A stretch of DNA of 64,000 nucleotides from Methanobacteriota archaeon (GTDB lineage: Archaea; Thermoplasmatota; Poseidoniia; Poseidoniales; Thalassarchaeaceae). Under the pieces are notes generated by a model, which made no database searches, was not told where the DNA came from, and worked only from the letters and a program-made list of their open reading frames with translations. This document shows, piece by piece, positions 39,050-48,100 of the stretch. Each line of letters opens with the position of its first letter. The first letter of the stretch is position 1. The translations under genes and the position numbers were made by a program. Location: assembly GCA_018650285.1 (NCBI GenBank), contig JABIGF010000019.1:3086-67085 (forward strand), given 5' to 3'.

Positions 39050-39446
39050 TGGAACAAATGACCGTCGGACTCAAAATGTACAACTTGGAGGAATAGGTGT
39101 GAGCGGAGGATTTTCAGAGCGCGTTGGAGAGCGCTTGCGTGAGAAATTAGAGAATTCTCCGAAATGGCACACACCCTTCTACGCTGTTCTAGTTGTCCTC
39201 AGTGAAATCACTGGAGGTGTTGGCCCTTGGGGGGCTATTCGGCCACTCATTGCCACTTCTCTAGCAATTATTCCATTCCTATTTCTTGGGCAACATTTCA
39301 ACCGCCAGCATTCTAAAGCATTTGATTGGTTTGCACTGCAAATCCCATTACTATTCTGTTTACTTTGGCCACTTATTTGGCTATGGTCAATCTTTGATGC
39401 TTATCAAACTGCAATGCTTTCGGTAACAAAAACCTATTCAGCATAA
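39018..39446 (+). CDS. Hypothetical membrane protein
   Basis: FLGQHFNRQ..KA...WLWSIFDAY TM2-like pattern; the true start is probably a later GTG. Confidence 0.65.
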   Translation: MGLQLNNSTDNGTNDRRTQNVQLGGIGVSGGFSERVGERLREKLENSPKWHTPFYAVLVVLSEITGGVGPWGAIRPLIATSLAIIPFLFLGQHFNRQHSKAFDWFALQIPLLFCLLWPLIWLWSIFDAYQTAMLSVTKTYSA

Positions 39447-39454
39447 TCTATTCA

Positions 39455-42400
39455 TTATGATTTGAATGATGCTGCAGCTTCTTCAAGTTCCTTTCCATTG
39501 AGATAATTATTGCCATCTAAATCAAATGTAATAGCATGCTCCATAAATGCTGCTTTGTCAGTAATACCATGTGTTTCCATCACTGAATCAACAACTGAAT
39601 CTGAATAATTATAACCTGCGGCAGGATGATTTGCTGGCAGTTTTACATCTAATGCTGTTGGAACCAACACTTGAACGGCCTGAGTAGGTGGGTCTTCAAA
39701 TCCATATTTTGAGGTTGATTCTAGTTCCACAACTGCAGCAGGCGAAGAATTGCCGTCCTGTTCTGCTCTCCAAGTATCAACTTGCCATTGAGTCCAACCT
39801 TGAGCAATCAACATCTCATCAGTCCAGCCAGAATTGACAGATGGTGCTGCTGCCACCTCTTGCTCCGCCGCGACGACTTCGCTACTTCCCGCATTCGGAT
39901 CAAATCCAACTGGTGGAGGGGGTGTTGCATTAGGGTCAAAACCCGGTGGAGGTGGAGGTGAATCACCTAAATCAAAACCAGGAGGCGGTGGGGGCGAATC
40001 CAATTCGCCATCAACTTCCATCGTTTGGTCTGCAGGATCAAAGTCAATCTCGGCCTCAGATAGTTTTCTGTTCATTACAATAAGTACAACAATTGCAATC
40101 AATGCCACCATCAAAGCAATGTAAAGCAACACAGTGCCCATTTGCTCACTAAATTGTTGGGAAATTGCTTCTCCATCACGAGCAACAGGTGGTTGCAATA
40201 TCAACGGGTCAAGAGACATTCTATCAAGGATAACATGGCCATCTTTGACAACTAGACGATATCTCTCAACGGTCTCTTCTTCGACTTCATCCGTTTTAAT
40301 TGAAATCTCTGAAATAAATTCCCCATTAGGCCTCAATAGTGAATCTGAAGAGGCGTTGTTAACATTAATCCAATCGCCATCTTTTGTCTTTTGCTGCAGA
40401 GCAAAAGTCAAGGTACCTTCCTCACTATTCTGATTAGTACCAGCAATGTGTAAACTAACATTCTCGCCTGATACAGGCGTTGCATCGGACCAATAGACAT
40501 CTAAATCTACCAAAGAAACAACTGGCCCAACTCGAATGATTCTCCATTGAGTCAGAGGTACGTTTTCGGTATTATTCTCAGAAACATAGGGGTTTCCTGC
40601 CGCATCGGCACCAGTCACCCAAACATCCACAGAATATCCAGGGAGAAGTTCGGTCACCCCTCCATCAGTGAGGTCAACAACACCTGTCCAGTGACCATAC
40701 CCATACTGCTCAAGCAGTGTCCCCAACTCTTGCGAGCCACGCGAAACTTCAGACTCACCTGCCTTCACCTTGTAATGCAAAACTGCTGACCGTTGTGAGA
40801 TGAAACCGTGGTCATCGCTTGAATTGATGAATACTGGAATTTCAGACGCATCTGTGATAGCAATATCACCTGAGGGACTGATGGCATTAATCTGTGGCGA
40901 GTTCCCATCCACCTCTAATAGAATCCTAGGTTGTTCTTCGCTTTCATCAGATGCTAAGCCCGGAAGATTTTCTAGCCAAGCGATCATATCTAAATGCCCA
41001 CTTCTGACATTTGGAACTAAAATATCGCTAGTAAATTCACCTGTCGAACGCGGGACTGCTCGCCATTCCAATTCCAAATTACCAATTACAATATCAAAAG
41101 CACCTTCTGGCGCTGGAGTTTCATCTTCACTGAAGAGGATTCTACCATTGACCCTAACAACTTGGCCTGCGGCAATGGTTTCCTGCTCATCGCCACCAGT
41201 ATACAGATTTCGCCCAGTAGCAAGATCAATTGCTGTAAAGTGACCTGGGTCCATATCGAATCGCAAATCGTTATCAAGACTCCATCGGTCATTCCCTAAC
41301 CCATTACGATGCTCGTAACAAGGGTCAATAGAATCATCAATACATGGCCAATCAGTAACTTCTACAACTGGGATGAATGTGGTATCGCCATCAGTATCCC
41401 ATGATTCTGAAAATAACCATGTCAACTGGAATTGAATAGCTAAATCAATCGCAGTCTCATTGAAAATTGAGAAAGAACTGTACAAATTAGAAACAGCCAA
41501 GCCAGAACCACCAGACTCTAGGTACATCGAAAGATTACCGTCTGCTTCTTTGGTAAAGTTAGCCCAAATTGCAGTATCATTTGCATCAATATCGCTACCT
41601 AGAGCCAATTTGATACTTTCAATATCATTCCAACCATTATTGTCCCAAATACGTAAACCGGCTGTATACAATGTACCAGGGTGTAATGGCTCAGAGTCAT
41701 CGTGACCAATTATTGTAGTATTACCATCAATTACCAACTCAGGTTCAAATTCTTCACGGATTCTATATGTGACTAAATCAGCATCCCACTCGGCTGGACT
41801 TTGGCTAGGAAGGTCTCCACATGGTGCGTTACCATCGGGGCAAACAGGGCCACCTCCCATTGCCAATTCATTTCCTTGCGCATCAGCACCAGAGAGATAG
41901 AATGAGACAAATTCCCCATGTTTGTTCATTGAATCTGTAATCAAACCTTCAAAAATATTCAATCCACCAGGCTGCAACTCGGGTGTTCTAAGTGAAAGGG
42001 TTACGTACTCATTTTCATCAGGTATTTGGTCATAATTCAAATCGTCTTGACCTTGGCGCCAATAGTGCAATGTTAGGAGTGTGGGTGGGTCCACTGAGTC
42101 TTGAACTACAATTCTCACTGGCTGGTCGGGATTTCCTTTATGCCTCTCAGCCCCATCATTAGGGGTTGCCTCTATCACAAGTGGGCTATTTCCATCTAGG
42201 ACGATACGAACAGAATTGAAATCGGGATTGATGTATGTTGAGCCGTTTTGCATGTTTACGGCTTTGATTCTAAAGAGCATGCCACCTTGAGATGACTCGA
42301 TAGGTGATACCAAGGTGAACATATATTGTCCATGGCTTGGATTTGACTCAATATGAAATTGCTTTTCTGGTTCTTCTGGAAGACCATTTTGGGTCAAGTT

Positions 42401-45034
42401 CTGACCTGTCAGTTCAATACTAAACTGGCCGGCTTTAGGAGTATAACTTGTGCCCTCGAATACAATGGCTCCTGAAAATGTCATATCCATTCCACCTCGC
42501 ATCCAATCATTGGCTTGAAGAACTCTGCCTGTTTCGTCAGTCACACCTAGGTTCATGAGAACAATATCGTTCTCAACCCTCAAGTCGAGGTCATCTGTTT
42601 GCCAACCATTGACTTGACGGCCAATGTCATCATCAACTGTGACTTTAGCTTCAACATCTGTTTCATCATCCCATTCCCATGTGGATTGAATTGGTAGAAG
42701 GATAGAAAATATACCATCTGCTCCTTCAGATGCCGTGCAATTGCCAGCGTCAAAATCAATGAGGTTATCACTATTTGACAATGTACTGCAAGTATTTCCA
42801 GTCTGCCATTGAATTACTGAATTATTGCGACCATTTGCAATGAGTTCAACTTGAACTTGATTGATACGGTCTGCTTCATCACCTTCAGCAACACGAACTA
42901 GAAGAATACGACTATCACCATCGGGAACCAGCATATTGCCTTCAACGGTAACATCTAGAGCACGAGTATTCAACCGATATGTGACATCAAGATTTGAGAC
43001 CATAATTCTCCCGGGTGAACCTGCGGAAATACCGAGCGTGACGTTAGAAACACCAACTCCATTATTGGCAATGTGGGTATTGAAAGCGGAAACTAATGCC
43101 GCACCATCAATATCAATTGGAGAGTTTAGCAAGCCTGTGCCGATGAATTCGTTTGTGTTATCATCGCCGATATCCAACCTAACTGCAGTTGGATATCCCT
43201 CTTCATAATCTAGTGTGAATGAATGAAGAAGTGGAGTTATTGATGAATCATTAGTGGTGAAATCAATTTTATACATCAATTTTGAACCTTGGACTTGCAA
43301 TTCAATTAATTGATTATTTGTAGCAGAATGCCAATTTGAACCATTGTCATTACTGACTTCAACACTCATTGAAGTACCTGTAGGTGTAGTTGATGTCCAC
43401 TGTGGACGCATTGTTCCAACTTGCGTACCAGTTGGAATAACCGGAGATGTCCATGAACCAGATGTAGCAAATTCGGTACCATATTCCATATTCACCCACC
43501 ATGAAACTGCAGTCCCACCAACTAATTGCAATTTCCAGCGTAAATGGTCACCTGGATTTGAGAAAATGACTGTTTCATTATTTGTCACTTGAACCCAATG
43601 CGTACCATTATCTGCGCTAACCCAATAATCAACTCGATCACCAGCTGATGTCGCTGTCCAAGATGTCTCAACATTAGCCATCAAGACATCGTCATTCGTG
43701 ATTATTGGTTCCGATACCCATGTTGCTGTCCCTGGTTGAGGTGAAATTGGATAAGCCCAACCGCTACCATACTCACGGTAATATCGGGCTGACCACATAT
43801 TATGGTCAATTAATGAGAGACGAATTCCATTGTAATACAAACCAAATCCGTTTGCGCTGATTAGACGCTCACCTGTCTGCTTAGCAAGAGTTGTTGAGGT
43901 GCCACTTACGGCATAGGCTACCAACTTGTCTTGATATGCCCAACCAGTTGTTTTACATCTAATATAGAACATATTGTTGTCTGCTACCAATCCATTCTGT
44001 TCGGGGTAACTTGAATAATAGGAATATTGTGAATCTGAATCTCTCTCAAACGACCCGTCAGAATTGAAGGTATAGGGAGTGATAGTACTGCGCGCCCCAT
44101 GTAGAACCCAAACGAGGTCGCGGCTACGGTCATAGGAAATCCCAGTGTAAGGACCATACGAATTTGTTGAGATATCATAGGTGTTCAAACAAGTCCAAAC
44201 ATCTTCGTATCTGATATCCATTACAACAAGAACAAGTTCGTTAATTGATGAATATTGCCTATTGAGTCCAAGTATCCCATACAATTTTTCATCGTCACCA
44301 ATAGTCCAATCTCTAAAACCGTAATATGCGCTCCAAGTTGAACCTGCAGGTGAAGGGATGTTACAACTTGCCTCATCAATAACTATTGAAGTCGCAGTAG
44401 TCAAATTATTAGGATAAGTTTTCTTTACTAATTGATTAAGATTTGTAGATGCGAATGTTGAGACATAAGTCCAACCGCGGTAATTTAGTGCAGCACCAGC
44501 GCCTTGATTGCCAAAGGGAGACGATATGGTGACCTGAGGGTGAAATCTTGTTTCAGATGCATTTGATGTTCGTGGTTGGCGGATGCTAAAAGAACCGTTA
44601 TCAGACCAAGCAGTACCTGTTGTTGCAATTTCATCAACTCCGTGAGACGAGAAATTCAATTGTTGTGAAGCGAGGCCAAGAGAAACTGCATCAGACCTTG
44701 TTTCTGTGTCAACAGATTCGCCCGCTAACCAATTTGCTCTAGAGTTATGTTGAATCTGATTCCAACCAGTTGAAGATGCGCCACTAAGAGTCATTTCAAC
44801 CGCAGTAACTTCAGCACCTTTTGGCAAAGCAACTTTGATATTTGTTGCTTTTTGGCCACTTTGATAGAGAGCAATTGATTCCGTTGAACCATCTGAAAAT
44901 GTGTAAATGTGTCTAGTCCCACCAGATGCTTCAGCCACTTCAGATGAAAATTCTAGCATTGGTGCAAGAGAGCCAAGGAGGAATAACACGACGAGAAACA
45001 ATGGGATTCGATTTGTGTTTAGCCCTGTTGACAC
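39455..45034 (-). CDS. Giant membrane-anchored surface protein with Pro repeats and C-terminal EF-hand
   Basis: Signal peptide, beta-rich domains, TM helix, PPPPxGFD x3, DLDGNNYLNGKE; GGAGG SD before GTG. Confidence 0.8.
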   Translation of the reverse strand: MSTGLNTNRIPLFLVVLFLLGSLAPMLEFSSEVAEASGGTRHIYTFSDGSTESIALYQSGQKATNIKVALPKGAEVTAVEMTLSGASSTGWNQIQHNSRANWLAGESVDTETRSDAVSLGLASQQLNFSSHGVDEIATTGTAWSDNGSFSIRQPRTSNASETRFHPQVTISSPFGNQGAGAALNYRGWTYVSTFASTNLNQLVKKTYPNNLTTATSIVIDEASCNIPSPAGSTWSAYYGFRDWTIGDDEKLYGILGLNRQYSSINELVLVVMDIRYEDVWTCLNTYDISTNSYGPYTGISYDRSRDLVWVLHGARSTITPYTFNSDGSFERDSDSQYSYYSSYPEQNGLVADNNMFYIRCKTTGWAYQDKLVAYAVSGTSTTLAKQTGERLISANGFGLYYNGIRLSLIDHNMWSARYYREYGSGWAYPISPQPGTATWVSEPIITNDDVLMANVETSWTATSAGDRVDYWVSADNGTHWVQVTNNETVIFSNPGDHLRWKLQLVGGTAVSWWVNMEYGTEFATSGSWTSPVIPTGTQVGTMRPQWTSTTPTGTSMSVEVSNDNGSNWHSATNNQLIELQVQGSKLMYKIDFTTNDSSITPLLHSFTLDYEEGYPTAVRLDIGDDNTNEFIGTGLLNSPIDIDGAALVSAFNTHIANNGVGVSNVTLGISAGSPGRIMVSNLDVTYRLNTRALDVTVEGNMLVPDGDSRILLVRVAEGDEADRINQVQVELIANGRNNSVIQWQTGNTCSTLSNSDNLIDFDAGNCTASEGADGIFSILLPIQSTWEWDDETDVEAKVTVDDDIGRQVNGWQTDDLDLRVENDIVLMNLGVTDETGRVLQANDWMRGGMDMTFSGAIVFEGTSYTPKAGQFSIELTGQNLTQNGLPEEPEKQFHIESNPSHGQYMFTLVSPIESSQGGMLFRIKAVNMQNGSTYINPDFNSVRIVLDGNSPLVIEATPNDGAERHKGNPDQPVRIVVQDSVDPPTLLTLHYWRQGQDDLNYDQIPDENEYVTLSLRTPELQPGGLNIFEGLITDSMNKHGEFVSFYLSGADAQGNELAMGGGPVCPDGNAPCGDLPSQSPAEWDADLVTYRIREEFEPELVIDGNTTIIGHDDSEPLHPGTLYTAGLRIWDNNGWNDIESIKLALGSDIDANDTAIWANFTKEADGNLSMYLESGGSGLAVSNLYSSFSIFNETAIDLAIQFQLTWLFSESWDTDGDTTFIPVVEVTDWPCIDDSIDPCYEHRNGLGNDRWSLDNDLRFDMDPGHFTAIDLATGRNLYTGGDEQETIAAGQVVRVNGRILFSEDETPAPEGAFDIVIGNLELEWRAVPRSTGEFTSDILVPNVRSGHLDMIAWLENLPGLASDESEEQPRILLEVDGNSPQINAISPSGDIAITDASEIPVFINSSDDHGFISQRSAVLHYKVKAGESEVSRGSQELGTLLEQYGYGHWTGVVDLTDGGVTELLPGYSVDVWVTGADAAGNPYVSENNTENVPLTQWRIIRVGPVVSLVDLDVYWSDATPVSGENVSLHIAGTNQNSEEGTLTFALQQKTKDGDWINVNNASSDSLLRPNGEFISEISIKTDEVEEETVERYRLVVKDGHVILDRMSLDPLILQPPVARDGEAISQQFSEQMGTVLLYIALMVALIAIVVLIVMNRKLSEAEIDFDPADQTMEVDGELDSPPPPPGFDLGDSPPPPPGFDPNATPPPPVGFDPNAGSSEVVAAEQEVAAAPSVNSGWTDEMLIAQGWTQWQVDTWRAEQDGNSSPAAVVELESTSKYGFEDPPTQAVQVLVPTALDVKLPANHPAAGYNYSDSVVDSVMETHGITDKAAFMEHAITFDLDGNNYLNGKELEEAAASFKS
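39888..40000 (-). repeat. Three coding PPPP(P/V)GFD repeats
   Basis: DSPPPPPGFDLGDSPPPPPGFDPNATPPPPVGFDPNA. Confidence 0.8.
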
Positions 45035-45130
45035 CTCATCCCCTCCTTTTTTCAGACAATCTTCACACCTTTGAAATCTCCCCTGCTTGGTCACGGGTGA
45101 CCATAGGTCACAATCAAGACCAAATCAACA

Positions 45131-48100
45131 TCAACCACTGTTCGTTGTTCGGTCATCGTATCGAATCGGTGATGGCCCATTTCCTCGGATTCCATCCAAC
45201 ATATCATTCTCAATTTCAAACCAATCGTTTAGCCAATCGCCATCTGTATCCCAATCAAGAGGATTTGTACCATCGGCAATCATGTCACCATTGTAATCAA
45301 GTAACCACCAACCATACACATTCTCACCTAAACCAGTATTTGGCAAGTGATACTGGTCTCCGAACACACGGTCCCAATCGGCTGTCCAGTCGCCCTTGAC
45401 CATAGGTGTATCATCGGCGCCGTTAATGGTCAAATAATCAACATCGTGATCATCAACAACTAGGGCATAAAGTTGGTCAGACATTTGATTTATTCGGAAC
45501 ATTCTGAAATAATTCCAATCATATTCGTTTGACCTACCTTTAGCAAGGAGAGCGGTTTGCAATTCCCACCATTCTTGGGCGACAATCTGAATCGGAGGAT
45601 CTGAGCCAGCAATTGTCACTGGTGTCGCTCTAGCTAACATTGCAGAAGTAATTGATTGATTTGTCAATCCAAAGAATTCTTGGAAATTATTGTACGGAAT
45701 ATAGGTACAGCCAACATTACTACAATCCCAATTACCATCCTTATCTGGGTCTTGAAGGGCATCCGCTGGGTCGGTTGGGTCAAATGTAACCCAAGTCCAA
45801 TTCAATAGTGGGCGCTCCAACAATGTACCATTTGCATGCAATGGTCGCATTGCAATGTTGCCAATAATTGAATACTGCTCCCAAACAACTTCTATCTGTT
45901 GATAGGATGACCAATTATCATTGGTCTCATTCCAACCAAATTGGAACTCATACCAATCAGGCAACATATCCCAATCAGTATCATTGTCAACCGGCGACGA
46001 ACCATATTTCAAAACTTCACGTCCATCAGTTAAAGCCCAATTACGGTAGTAATCATCTGTCAACATTGGGTCTACGCCATTAGCAACACGAATCATGTTG
46101 ACTGCATCTGCATCTGTATCATTAAGGTCAGGCCTTGTACCATTATCATACTCCATCCAATTGGTAAAGAATAGAGGAGAGTTACCTGGTGCATATTGGT
46201 CATCAATAGAGCCGGGCGTGAAAGAGTGACTTTCCCACCTTCCCTGTTCAGCAGGAGTATCGCCAATAGTACGGTCAAACCAACCATCAAGGTCTGGGTC
46301 ATAGTGCGCATCTAGTGGGTTTACAGGATTCAATGTCCACCTATACTCATTGACCGGCATTACTTCATCATATACACCGTAACAGAATTCCCAACCATCA
46401 GGCAAACCATCCATGTCACTATCTGGATGTGTAGGGTCTGAAATTCCAAGTAAGCTGATATTGAAATTATCAGCCCACGCAGTATTGATTCTAGCCAACC
46501 TTTCCGTGCTAGTAACATCCTTGGATGAGAAAATATTGACGACTACTTGACGACTTTCTTCCCAAGTCAACGAGTTCTCACTCATTTGAGCATTAATTGC
46601 ATCATCACCAAAGTCGACTAAACCCACTCCAGGCGGGAACATATATCGTAGTGATTCTTTACCATAAATACGTGCTTCATACTCTCTCAAATTAGTATAT
46701 CTCTCAGACATTTGTATGACACCATCTTCGTTGCAGTCATACGAATCATCGTCGCTGTCAGCATCAATATCTGATTGAGTCAATGGATTCATTGACCAGC
46801 GATTTTCATCTAAATCCCACTCAGTAAACCAGTACTCATAACCATCAATCATACCATCATCATCAGTATCATTGTTAGTCGGGTCTGTGATACCAATTAA
46901 GGTTGAAAGAAGAGGTCTGCTAATTCCAGTAGTCACCCATTCAGAATGCTGTTCCAAAGCCAAGTAAGCGCGGCCTAATTTATTGTCTAATATAGACTGC
47001 ATTCTGCTGGTAAAGTTTTGTGGCTCAAGGGCATAAGCCTCCTCCCACATCTTTGGAGCATCAGGTGGTGCAAGACCACCATTCAAGGGATTCTCATAAG
47101 TCAAATTTAATTCCTGACGGTCTGTCAAAGCATCTTGGTCTCCATCACCACCGCCATCGCCTGCAACAAGCGGATTAAGTGACCAATTTTGGAATGTTGA
47201 ATTCCACTGAGTAAAGAGTAACTCAATTCCATCAAGTAACCCATCACCATCGCTGTCACCGTTATTGGGGTCGCATGTTGGACCACTCAAAGCGTATTGC
47301 TCAGGTGTCACGTATGTCCCAAAAGAGGAGGTCCCGACTGCAAGATTCCATGGCGTCAAAATCAGTACATTCCCTAACTTAAACGGATGATACTGTGGTG
47401 AAGTTTGATTCACATCGGTTTCAGTAATGGTTGCATCAATGCTATTGTATTCCTCCCAGTTCGTCATCCCATCGCCATCAGGATCATTGAAGATATCAGA
47501 TTCATTTACAGGGTTCAAAGTCCATTCAGAATCAAATGTATCCCAACGAGCAAACCAAACTTCCCAACCATCTGGCATGCCATCACCATCTGTATCAGCT
47601 AACAATGGGTTTGCTGAACCTTGGTCAGTCAAAGGCATGCCTGGAACACTTGCGAGGGTGACTGCACTAGCCGTCTCTCCAAATGGCCGTGAGGCACTAG
47701 AAACCCAAGTATCATTCCATAATGATGTGGAAAAACCGGCTGGCAATTCAACACCATTTTCTGTAATGTTGCCCAGTATTTGGTCGTCTCTTATGTGGTA
47801 TTCCATCCAGTTGTTGAACTCTTCTTCCGGCTGCAGAATACCATCTAAATTCGCATCATAACCATCACCATCGGGATTCGAGAAAGCATCGCTACCATTG
47901 AGTGGATTAATTCCAACATTAGTTATTGACCAAGTGCAGGAATATCTCGATTCCCAACCATCTGGGAGTGAGTCACCATCAGAATCGGGATTATTTGGAT
48001 CTATTTTATGCCAATCTGCTGCTGCTTCTGCTGATTCACCAAACGCCGGCAAACCATCTTCTAATGCTGCTTGTAAGAGAAGTTCCCACTGATATTCGCA